A DNA stretch of 59,580 bases, the filler included, from Sphacelaria rigidula (lineage: Eukaryota): assembly GCA_964200075.2 (NCBI GenBank). It is 9 parts of 9 records of this genome, joined end to end, with 100 filler letters (N's around TTAATTAATTAA, not from the genome) between each part and the next. Parts side by side here need not be neighbours in the genome. Positions count along the whole stretch, not along the records: positions 26,528 to 33,058 come from CAXNAA020019519.1; positions 33,159 to 39,689 come from CAXNAA020019520.1; 7 more parts are not named here. One strand, written 5' to 3'. Made by a program: the position numbers and the translations under genes. Positions 26,992 through 37,290 of the stretch are shown in pieces (the stretch's first letter is position 1; each line of letters begins with the position of its first letter). Below the pieces are notes generated by a model. That model was not told the DNA's origin and did not search any database. It saw only the letters and a list, made by a program, of their open reading frames with translations.

Positions 26992-28608
26992 ATGCAGAAC
27001 ACAGTGCGGAAGACAATTTCTGTGATACCCTCCCCAGACACCTTGGAGAAAGCAAAGAACACTAACGACCACCTGAAGCACGTACGTCTTTCCAATACGC
27101 TGGTCAGCATGGTGTCCATGGATGAACATACTAAGTTTAGGGCAGCTGTGAGATCCAGTTGCGAGGCCGTAAAGACCGGTATTAATATCACAGCGTACGA
27201 CCTGGCACTGCTGATGATATGTACTCCCTATTACATTGTTGACCATGGCACACTGAGATCTGTACCACGGGGAACCTTCGTTACGTTGTGGTCAAGGATG
27301 GACACTATTGCTAGCACCTATCCGACGTCCGATGGGTTCATGATGGGCAGGTGCTGCAAAGACTACAACATCGTCACTACATGCCACTCGAATGTGAAGT
27401 CACCCAGCCTCGCAAATGATAGCCAACACGTGGTCAAGGAGAGGAGAATACTGAACCTCAACTACGGCGATACCATGGAACATGACTTAGGTGGGACATT
27501 GTTAGCCAAGGGTCCGTATCGCGTTATATCTGGGAGAGGTGTGTATCCATCTATACAACACGCTATATTGGACCAGTACAACAGATATAGAGCTCTAACG
27601 GTACACATGTCAAACGGCGAATGCTGGAAGTGTGGCAACATGTGTGTGAGAGCATATGCTACAGGGGGTGGTAGTACCATTAGTGTGTGTTTGGCATGTG
27701 GTGTGTCGGACCTGCTTCACACACAGAATTCGTATCACATAGTTATAGGCAGACATAAATTGTGTATATCCGGAGAACACCTACTACGCCCAGACAGATA
27801 TGTAAGACAGGTGTTATCAACTAGCGCATCCACATTACAGGCACTAAGGAGGGTAGAGAGGCTATACTGTGGGAAGGAGTTAGATTGGATCACCCCAGCA
27901 AAGAAGATGGGTGCAGTTAGGTATACTAGCGATGGGTGTGCATGCATGAAGTCTGGTTTGCTATACACATGCCCTGTATTACACATCGCATCGATGATAC
28001 TGGGTGGTTGCTTCGTTACAGTGTTGTGCCCTGTACCGTCCGTAGCTAGCTCCACTGTAAATATACCAGAAACAGTCAGGAAGATAATATCATTAGGAGG
28101 GGCATGGAAGAGTGTGACCAACACTAACACTAACCCGCTATCTGCAGCCCATGTGGACGATAAGGTGGTTGGCAGAGACGCTGAAACGGCGGTATCAATT
28201 AACATGCCCGATGGTGTAGTGGAGTGTAGTACCATTGGAACCACAACATGCATGTCGAAGATATGTGCTATGGTGGTGGGGTGTAATAGAGTGTACGGTA
28301 TGTCAATGGAATCGTTGGCCATCTTCTCAGAAATCCTAGTGCCATTGTGTGATAAGAACATTTGGCCACTGGTGTTAACGGAGGCCATTAAGGTAACTAT
28401 GAAGCATGTTAGCGGGTGTTCCATTGTCTTCACATATACGGGTACCATATCATACACTGGCAGCCCCACGAAAATACCAGTGGCTATATCGGGTTTCATG
28501 GGAGTTTTGAACACCGTATTCACAGCAAAGGGTTCAAAGATGATCCTGCTAGCCATGAAGAGGGTGGTCAAACCGGTGTGGACTGTATCAGTGAGGGACA
28601 TAGTATAA
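26992..28608 (+). CDS. 538-aa hypothetical virus-like protein with a CxxC...CxxC Zn ribbon; may extend to 28804 through a frameshift
   Basis: Long ATG ORF; ECWKCGNMCVRAYATGGGSTISVCLACG; the late segment SIVFTYTGTISYTGS loosely resembles TBP-fold strands. Confidence 0.75.
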   Translation: MQNTVRKTISVIPSPDTLEKAKNTNDHLKHVRLSNTLVSMVSMDEHTKFRAAVRSSCEAVKTGINITAYDLALLMICTPYYIVDHGTLRSVPRGTFVTLWSRMDTIASTYPTSDGFMMGRCCKDYNIVTTCHSNVKSPSLANDSQHVVKERRILNLNYGDTMEHDLGGTLLAKGPYRVISGRGVYPSIQHAILDQYNRYRALTVHMSNGECWKCGNMCVRAYATGGGSTISVCLACGVSDLLHTQNSYHIVIGRHKLCISGEHLLRPDRYVRQVLSTSASTLQALRRVERLYCGKELDWITPAKKMGAVRYTSDGCACMKSGLLYTCPVLHIASMILGGCFVTVLCPVPSVASSTVNIPETVRKIISLGGAWKSVTNTNTNPLSAAHVDDKVVGRDAETAVSINMPDGVVECSTIGTTTCMSKICAMVVGCNRVYGMSMESLAIFSEILVPLCDKNIWPLVLTEAIKVTMKHVSGCSIVFTYTGTISYTGSPTKIPVAISGFMGVLNTVFTAKGSKMILLAMKRVVKPVWTVSVRDIV

Positions 28609-28983
28609 TAAGAGCAAGGACATATTAAATCTTAATGTAGTGGTGCAGAAGTACGTCATTGGGCCCGACGGAACTAAGCAAATGTTGGAACCGAGTGTGA
28701 ATTTGACCAACACATCCAGAACGGGAGACACTGGTACGGAGGGTACCAACGACCTCAGCATAACAGAGAGACAGATGATAGACCGCCTCATGGGCAAATG
28801 TTAAACCGAGTGCGATGTACACAGGCTACACGTGTTCGTGATGGGAGTTTTAGATGTCTGTACATACCGGTGACCGTGATACCCATATACATAGGTAACA
28901 CTAAAACTCCATTGTGGTTCCACATAACACACATAATCAGATGCAACATATACATGTAGGATGCACTGCGTGGGATGTCGCAC

Positions 28984-29868
28984 CTACAACACTTTACCAC
29001 CCTTCAGTGACGGCGGGTCCACCTGAGTGTGTTTCAGGTTGAAGTGGCAACCAATTACCTTGCTAGATATAGTCCCAGTGCTGGTGTTCGGTATCTCATC
29101 CAACACCGTGTCAGAGCTTACCCTCATTGTGGCACCCATGCTCAGAAATACGGTTGCTCTGAGTGATTTCTTTCCGATGTACCGGATGCCAGAGAGTGTC
29201 AGGTCCTCCATACTCCTGTCCTCCACCCCATCCGGGTATAGTGGTTGCCCATCGTCACCTATGCTGTTATTGGTCGTTGTTTCAACCTTCAGCGCCTTGT
29301 ACGCCATTCCAGACCTCACACCCGTGGTGATCCAGACATAGTTGTTGTGGTGCACGGGTGCCTTCCAATCAACTTTGTATTTGCACGCTTTGGATATATG
29401 GCTGTGCACATATCTGATGCTGCCTAGGGGGATCCCCACAGTTAAGTACTGGGTCATGTATCTACCTTTACCACGGCCCCCACGTTCACCTACATCTACC
29501 ATGCAGTCATCGAAGGCAATAGTATCCGTCTTTCCTATGCCATAGTCATAGATCAGGCTAGCCCAATATGTCACAACATCCGCGTCCGCTGGAAAAGCAT
29601 TATTGTCGCCCTCCCTCTTCTTCATCTCCGCGAACGACTCCAGGTGTGCGCTATTGATATATGGCTGGCCCCCAGGTGCTATGTGGTAATCATAGTGCAA
29701 ATCTGCGAACACTTTATCCACAGCATGGGTGTCGGGGAGACCTAGCGCAGAAGCATACTGGGCCAGTTCAGGGAACATACGTTGGTAGTTGATCACATAA
29801 CTGTTTGACACAACCAGGTCTTCCATCCGCTGGATCAACCCCTCATCGTTCAGAAGCTGTTCTGCCAT
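28984..29868 (-). CDS. 294-aa hypothetical protein, intact, function unknown
   Basis: ATG in good context (GCAACATGG), globular composition, TATAAG about 20 nt upstream, same strand as the helicase. Confidence 0.8.
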   Translation of the reverse strand: MAEQLLNDEGLIQRMEDLVVSNSYVINYQRMFPELAQYASALGLPDTHAVDKVFADLHYDYHIAPGGQPYINSAHLESFAEMKKREGDNNAFPADADVVTYWASLIYDYGIGKTDTIAFDDCMVDVGERGGRGKGRYMTQYLTVGIPLGSIRYVHSHISKACKYKVDWKAPVHHNNYVWITTGVRSGMAYKALKVETTTNNSIGDDGQPLYPDGVEDRSMEDLTLSGIRYIGKKSLRATVFLSMGATMRVSSDTVLDEIPNTSTGTISSKVIGCHFNLKHTQVDPPSLKGGKVL

Positions 29869-29983
29869 GTTGCTCTATGTGCTGCTTATACGTTGACCCT
29901 GACAAACACACTCACGTCAACACACCTCTTGTTAGGCGCACGGTCACTGTACCACCCTGATGACGGAGTTTTAGGATATGCAA

Positions 29984-31460
29984 TCACTTGGTACCTGCAA
30001 TTAGGTTGATGGTTTCGTCGTGTACCCTAGTGTCCCGTTTGAACATCATATTCCTAACCCTCCGTACCTCCTCCTTGATCTTGTTCTCCCGTATCTTCTT
30101 ATAGGCGGGAAACACATACCATGTAAGGCTCTCAATGTCATCTATGGTCTCTGCAATGGGGAAGCTATACCCCTGTGTGGATCGGACGTTCTTCAGTCCA
30201 TATTGAAACTCATTTTCCAGACATGGGTATCTGAGTGCAGTGGAGAACACCTGAACAATGGACTTAACTAGGTGTTCGTGTGTGCACCTCACCCCACGTG
30301 CTATGATATCTAGCGACTCTACCTCATCCATCATACCACACTTCTCTACCAACCTCATGCCAGGTGTGAAAGATGACTCCCTACCTACCATCAGGGTCGA
30401 TAGCAGACTCCGTGTTGTGCCGTATGGTGATGTGTGCGTTACCCCGCAATATATGGCAGCTGCTACGATGTTCCCCTGCTCCTCCTCTGTCAACCCCCTC
30501 ATTATGATCCCTGTGTTCTCGAACTGACCCACAGCGTTCAACACCATCATCCGCTTATTGTATTCCACCTTAACCCATGACTGGGATGGATATGGTACTG
30601 GCATCCGGTTGCAGGTATATTCGACACTACACCTCAACATCTGTGGGGTACAGCCCCTCCCAACCACCGAGTCCCCACCAGTAAGTATCTTAAGGTTGGA
30701 TGTTGACAGGCCATTCCCATTGTCATGTTTAACATCTGTTGCCAGTGCTAACCTATTTGAACTCAATATCATCACCTCCTCCTCACCTACAGCAGCGTCA
30801 CTGGTGATGACATTGGAGTTGATGCTGCAGCAGGTTCCATTCATCACCTCAGATATCTGCCTCAGTAACGTACTCTTCCCTGCATTGCTAGGTCCCGTAA
30901 TTGCCAACACCTGCGATCTAGATTTGGGATCTACTAGCACATTGCCTAACATCTACAGTAATGCCGCTGAGTCGTACCCCATCACATCTGTCACCCTACT
31001 CACACCGGACATTGAGTGACAGTCTGGTCCGATAACATGTGACACCGTTGTGTTGGACAATGGCGATATACACAGTGAGGACATGACATCCGATTTACCA
31101 TCCAACAGCTTAGCCCTTAGTAAGCCTTACTACAGGTTGGTCGTGTGCATAGCCGGCACTAGCACCTGCGACACAGTTAACGGTATATCTATTGCCTGCC
31201 ATGCATATACTGATGGGTAGTGTGACAGGTGGAAGTGGTGTCATACGTAGCATGTCCCTGATGGATGGCGATGACACATGTACATTGACACTAGCTGCCG
31301 CGCCAACCTCCCTAGTTAAGAACGACATACCAGCTATGCTGTCTACAAGGACCCACCCCATACACTCATACCCGACCCAGCCGTATATATCAGTGCCAAC
31401 CCTCACCACATGTCCTCGGGCAAGCAATTCTGTACAGACTCTAGCGGGGTTGACCAACAT
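29984..31460 (-). pseudogene. D5-like superfamily 3 helicase (D5_N-like region plus ATPase), ~490 aa when repaired; frameshift ~31115-31128, TAG at 30953-30955
   Basis: Walker A GPSNAGKST, motif B-like RLALATD, LKILTGGDSV, motif C VEYTCN. The frame is open upstream of the TAG (LRAKLLDGKS..SAALL*MLGN) and meets the 116-aa ORF 31110-31460. Confidence 0.85.
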
Positions 31461-32970
31461 GTCAATAGCAAGTGTGAGAGCTACAGTAGATGGGTGTGTC
31501 AGTGTGTGCTATTACGATGGTACCATACTGAGAAATAAGCTGTCCAAACCCACATGTGACTCAGAAACCCTTGGACGCGCTGTTCACAAGGTGGAGTCAT
31601 CTCGCGACGGAGAGGTACATAGGATGACGTTTGGGACCACTCGTATACGGACTCTGAGGTTGGCATCAACAATGGGGTTAACCATTGAATTGAACTTACC
31701 TGGGACCAGGTCGAACGTACCACCCCCGTCATATGGGTGTTATATGGCAAACGACCTGGAGGGTGCATTCGACAAGAAGGGCATGACCTGCCAGAGGGGG
31801 GAGTTGCTAGCTGGTACTCTGTTGTGCAGCTGTGGATTTCAATACAGTGCAACGTGTAGGCCAGTTCAACATCCCAACACATTCTACTTCAGCAGCTCAG
31901 CCAGGATGGTCATAGCGATGCTGAGTAAGATCACAGACCACAAACCCCTCTTCCTCATGGGACACAACTGCTACAGATATGACAACCGTGTGATGATGAC
32001 ACATCTGCTAAGCGGTGAAATTGAGCACCCGGGTAGAACCAAATACGGCGATCTGTTCATGGACATATTATCCAGGGGTACGTTTGGGCACGAATTGAAG
32101 TGTATGATCACCGTTGATGGCGTTGACAATGTTGACACGTTGGAGTGGTACAGACTCAGCAACTACAACCTTCTGAAGTCCTACACCCTAGCTAGCATCG
32201 CTGAGCACGAGGGCATAGAGTCTAAGATGTCTGGCGTTAGCTTCAGCCCACACATGACAGATGCAGAGTCCAAACACGTGTTGAGCTACAACATTCACGA
32301 TTGCAGGATACTACTGAGGCTATGGGAGAAGCGGGGGATAGGTAATACCATACTCTCGATATGCAGAGAAGCAGGTGCAGCATTTCCAGACGTTGCAATG
32401 TATAAGACCGGAGCCATAGGGGCATCAGCAATAGTGAGGTGTTGCTATGTAAAGCAAAGAGCGGCATATATGTGGAGGGACTACTATGGGGTGTTGGATT
32501 CCATTAAGGGTGGGTACGTTAGTTATATTTCCAGGACCATCTATATCCAGCAATGTGGTGTCACTGAATTTCTCGTCACTGTATCCGACCATAACACAGC
32601 GTATCAACATCTCACCGGAGTCTATAAGGATCACCGGATTCAAGTTGGTGGATGGCGCACATGTAGAGGATGGCAGCTGTACGTTTGACTGGAGGGTGGA
32701 TGATAAGGGTGTAACAACAGTATACAGTGTAGTCAACGTCGTGGATGGGAATAAAACGTGCACGGGTGTGGAGTTTTCGAGGGCTGACGGTGCCATCGCA
32801 GCAACGGTATGCAGGGAGATGATGATGGTACGGGCTGCTGCTGTATCTGCTGGTGACAGCTACAAGGCGTTGTCGTCAAAGATTATTGGGAATAGCGTGT
32901 ACGGAATGTTCCCGGCTTTGTAGGAATGCCAGGTCTATGGTCTTATGACTATGGCATGCATGATCATGAG
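31459..32970 (+). pseudogene. polB: Family B DNA polymerase (exonuclease, motifs A and B), frameshifted and truncated before motif C
   Basis: ExoI ANDLEG, ExoII GHNCYRYD, SYTLASIA, ExoIII YNIHDC, KGGYV. After a frameshift near 32545: motif A SLNFSSLYPTI..NISPES and motif B KIIGNSVYG. Confidence 0.9.
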
Positions 32971-33158
32971 TACACCCCCCCCCCCCCCCCCCCCCCCCCC
33001 TTTTACCCCTAACCCCCCCGGGGGGTTTTTTTCGTATCTTATTTTTTTTTTATAAAAANNNNNNNNNNNNNNNNNNNNNNNNNNNNNNNNNNNNNNNNNN
33101 NNTTAATTAATTAANNNNNNNNNNNNNNNNNNNNNNNNNNNNNNNNNNNNNNNNNNNN

Positions 33159-33705
33159 TGGAGTCTGCGTACAACGAACATCATGTCGACTGTGGAACGG
33201 CCAGGTCGGAAACCGCATTGCGCTTCTGGGAGGATTCCCTTCCACTCGCAGTAGGCACCGAGGCGAGTCGCAACTACCTTGAGCACCAGCTTGCTGTGGG
33301 GGACCCGAGAGAAATACCGCGGTAATTGCCGCATTCGTACGGGTCCTGTTTCTTGAAGAGCACTTTGATGATAGTGTCTTTCCACTCTTGCGGTACAACT
33401 TCCTGATGCCACACGGTGAGCAAGATGTCGTGGAGGTACTTCAGGATGGCAGACTCTTCGGTGCGGCCGAGCTTTTATAGTTCGCCACAGATACCGTGCG
33501 CCAGTTTGCCCACCGCTTGCTTCACTTCTGCATCGAGAGCTCCGCCGCGAGCGGTGTGTGCTCTGGCAGCTGTTCGATGAGATCGATGACAGAGTGATCG
33601 ATTGTAGGTGAGTTTGCGTTCAGCAGTGTGTCAAACCATTCCTTCCATCGTTGCAGGATAGCTTGCTTGTTCCGCAACAGCTCCCCAGTCGCGCTTCGGA
33701 TGTAG
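33159..33705 (-). mobile_element. LINE (RTE-like) ORF2 fragment, N-terminal RT region, decayed
   Basis: [24 protein letters not shown]; upstream [18 protein letters not shown] segment; cut by the contig end. Confidence 0.8.
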
Positions 33706-33899
33706 GTTGAGACTATCGGGCCTCGTGAAGGGTCATTTCGGAACTGAAACGATTAATTCACTAATTGACCGCTTCTCACTCTCAACCGCTCCCTCTACTC
33801 TCAATCTCACAAAAACATTCTTACTGGTCGTGCTGCAAGATGGCATCAAGCTCGTCATAAGCTCCATAATGGGAGAGAACCCCCGAGCCTACTGACGTA

Positions 33900-34115
33900 T
33901 AAACCACCGCACGAGGGAGAAGTATTACTTGAAACTGCTTTATACCCCCCCCCCAAGCAAGACCGTCACCAAAATATCGAGACCCCTTGCAACCCAGAGG
34001 TACGAGAGATTATGCACGATTAGTGTGCACAATTTTGTTTTTTCCGTGTCGGGATTCGAATCCGTGACCTGTGTAATTTGAGGCTGTTGAATCAGTGTGA
34101 CCACCGGGGTCAAAC
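33900..34115 (-). mobile_element. tRNA-headed SINE-like element (3' end approximate)
   Basis: Minus strand CCCCGGTGGTCACACTGA (A-box-like) then GGATTCGAATCCCG (B box); same CCCCGGTGG start as the 36922 element. Confidence 0.5.
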
Positions 34116-35499
34116 AAACGTGCGACGCGGAACCCAAATTTTCGCATTTTTGGCTGAAACTTTACAAGGATGTGGTTGGCGCGAGTGCCCGTATGTGCCG
34201 CAGCGTTGTCATCGTTTTCGTCATTTTTTGAGGAAGTTATAGCATTTTTCCTGTTTTTGCTGAAACTTCAACTCGCTCTAACTTGCGTTTTTTTTTTTTT
34301 CGTCCACGCCACTCACAGGGTTGCGCGGATTGATGATAAAGATGTCGTGTCAAACTTTCAGCGCCTAACTCTTTGAATTGCCAAAAGTATCTCCACTCTT
34401 CGTTTCAACATCCCTGATGACCGGCCCAGCTCGTAGTGAAGATAAATCCTGTAAAAACGTGCCTCCAGCACGACGCCTCCACCGGGGCCCTCCGGGGGCG
34501 CCTCCGGCGGGGCCCCCTTTACTGGGAAGGGGCTTTTTGGCTCGCGGCTGCGCCGCTCGATGACCATACCATTATGCACCATTCAATTGGTTAATGGTTA
34601 GAGACAAATCATATTTCCGAGCTCTGCTGCGGTTTACGTACTGCTTACTGCTGCCGGCTATATACCTGCAGCTCCTTTTAGCAGAGGATTTTTCTAGAAG
34701 AGCCTTCGGACAAACAGCAAAGAGGGGGGGGGGCGGTCGGAAGGGACGGGCAGAACAGCCAGCGCGGAGATCCCGAAACAGGCCGGAAAACCCCAGCAGT
34801 CAGTAGCAGGGGGAGGGGGGGGGGGGGGGCTTAACGCCCAACGTGCGTAATATAGACCACGTCGATTGAGTGGCTGCTCTGGCTACAGTAGTACAGTGTC
34901 ACAGTAGTTTTCTAGTCGTCGGAGGTGGGCAACATGAACTTTTATCCCGGCAGTCCTGGAGAGCTTGGTCACATAATGAAAATCTAGTGAAATGCAGTAT
35001 GAGTGATGTATGCAATGATCCAAACATGATTCTCGACAATCGCTCACGGAAAAAAAGTTGTATTGGATGCCTGTGCAATGTAAGAATCTCAAAATTAAGC
35101 AGTTGGCGTCTTACACCTCTTCGAACAGTAAGAACTTGGATTCAAGCATTTCTGCTGGAATCGGAGAGAAAATGAGACCCGAGCCTCGCTCAAAATAGGA
35201 GTTTCTTAACATCTGTCGCGCTCTGTATAATGATAATGGCCAGTTATAACTGCTACCATTCCCGAGCTACATGAAAATCAAATAATATAATAAAAATCAC
35301 ATAAAAGTAAATATAGAATAAAATGAAAACAAATAAAAAAATATGAAATACAGTTATTATAGTAAGAAACAACATGATCCTGAAAAAAACTGAATAAAAA
35401 TAAAAGACTCTAATACGACAATAGGAAGAAAAGAAAAGAAAAGAAAAACAGATACGACAGGGCTATGAACTGGACCAGTTTGTACCGTCGATGAAACTG

Positions 35500-35900
35500 G
35501 AACTGGCGACGAGGGTGCTCATCATGACGAGTTCCACCAGCTATTTCCGATTTGCACAAGCGTAGATTTGAGTTATGGCTTCTTCTTTTTTTTTCTTAAC
35601 TGTTGTCCCAGGTTTCCGCATGGGGGGGTCTTGGTCGGGGATCTTCTCCAACCGCAACCACCGCATTCGATGAAGCCAAGCCAAACCGATTAAGCTGGAA
35701 CTGCAGTTATAGTGGAACTGGCGACAAGGGTGCTCATCATGACAAGTTCCTTCAGGTTCCTTCCGTTGTTTCCGATTTGCACAAGCGTCGATGTGAGTTT
35801 TAGTTTTTTTGTGTAACGATTTTGTCCCAGGGTTCCGTGGGGGGTGATCGTGGTCGGGGATCGTCTCCAACCACAACCACCGTCAGATGAAGCCAAGCCA
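35500..35900. repeat. ~210-bp diverged tandem duplication
   Basis: GGAACTGGCGAC.AGGGTGCTCATCATGAC.AGTTCC..TTTCCGATTTGCACAAGCGT..TGTCCCAGG..GGTCGGGGATC..CTCCAACC occurs twice. Confidence 0.7.
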
Positions 35901-36251
35901 ACCAAACCACAACAGCACGCAGGTGTTCCCGACAAGAACGAGTCGTGAGTATTCGGTACATGTTGTTGGAGGGGTAGACATCGCGTGCATTATACAGGCG
36001 AAAGGAAGGAAACGTAGACTGCAAAATCATTTAAGAAAAACCCCGGCAAACAAGCAGGAGCTACTCCGCAGCCGTGGACGGCCGACGCCGAAGAGTGAAG
36101 GTCAACCGGGGACATCGTGCCAGAAAATTAATATATATAATTCAGGAGCACTTGTAAAGTTAACCCTTTCACGGCAAGTATAAGGTCATTTGTTGAATCG
36201 GTCTCAAACTCACTTGAAAAAAGTATGTACGATTCAGATGGGCTACCCTCC

Positions 36252-36613
36252 ACACGCGGCCATTCGGCTACCCCCATAAAAATGCTCTATCGCGATTTTC
36301 ACCCTCTAGAGGGTATTTCATCCCTAGCTGCGGTCATAAACGAATCCTCTGGAGGGCATCTGATGCCCCAGTGACTTCTGAGGTCTGAATCCCTCGACAG
36401 TAACAAAAAAGGTGGTGCTCTGGAGGGCCGCGCATCCTCCAAATTCCTCGGGAGGGATGCGCGGCCCTCCGGAGGCAAAACAAGCCTCTGGAGACGTTCG
36501 ATTCCACCCCTCTGGAGGGCCGCGCACCCGCTGGAGGCGTTGAATTCCTCTGGAGGCTCGAAAAGTTGATTGGGACAAAGTATTTTTGGGGGTAGCCGAA
36601 TGACCGCGTGTGT
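36252..36613. mobile_element. MITE with ~25-bp TIRs enclosing an array of CCTCTGGAGG-type motifs
   Basis: ACACGCGGCCATTCGGCTACCCCCA ... TGGGGGTAGCCGAATGACCGCGTGT; about eight internal CCTCTGGAGG-like units. Confidence 0.75.
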
Positions 36614-36921
36614 CGCGGCCAAGGAACTAGCCCATTGATGCCCGGGGTCGGTCCGTTGATGCCCGGGGTCGGTCACCTGAGTTCCCCGGTCATTTCTCAT
36701 CAGGAAATGATGCCGATTCAATGGACCGCCCACCCTCAGGGGTCAGATACTTTACCCCTTCTAAGACGGCGAGAGTAGGTCATCTCTTGAATTGACATCA
36801 ATATCAATTGAAAAAAATGTGCATGATCCATATGGACTACCCTCGCGGTCAAAGGGTTAACCCGTTGACCACGAGGGTACGCTACCCGTTGAATCGGCAT
36901 CATTCACCCTAGTTCTCAGGT

Positions 36922-37290
36922 GCCGGTCGCCCCGGTGGCTCAGTCGATAACCTCGAAGTCGTATTCTGACGGTTGAGTCGTGGGATCGAATCTCGGAGCG
37001 ATCTGGGATTCTTCTCACACAACGCCCAACGGTGGAGAGCGACTATGTCGTGGGTACACAAAATTCGACGCAATGGTCGACGAGGGAAAGGGACAGCTGA
37101 ACCCCTCTCGCGATGAAAAATGAAGGCAAGCACCGCAAAAGGAAGGCGGAGAACTAAAAAAAAAAACTGTGCTGGCCTTCCTCCCTGCTCCTGCGTGACC
37201 CCGGCTGGTGCGCCCACATATGTACGGAAAGGTGTGGACCGGCGTCCAGAATAGATGGGACGACAACACACAAATACATACACACACAAA
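36922..37290 (+). mobile_element. tRNA-derived SINE with CA-rich tail
   Basis: A box TGGCTCAGTCG (36936), B box-like GGGATCGAATCT (36982), ~300-bp body, ACAACACACAAATACATACACACACAA tail. Confidence 0.7.

Larger units (their letters stand above)
26992..32970. mobile_element. Decayed endogenous dsDNA virus-like element (PolB, D5-like SF3 helicase and two large orphan ORFs)
   Basis: About 6 kb of dense, intronless coding on both strands, with no host-type microsatellites or MITEs; replication genes carry inactivating lesions. Confidence 0.8.

Noticed and set aside
27735..28601. 288-aa antisense ORF (also 29027-29341, 30558-31019 and the 31192-31458 extension of PolB)
   Set aside because: These are shadow frames opposite better-supported genes, with Thr/Ser/Pro-rich translations and no motifs.
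28788..29000. Small ORFs between the 538-aa and 294-aa genes
   Set aside because: Several overlapping 53-70 aa candidates exist on both strands and none can be preferred from sequence alone.
36922..37000. Functional tRNA gene (also 34045-34115)
   Set aside because: Only A/B boxes and a T-arm-like part are evident, with no convincing cloverleaf; a SINE head fits better.
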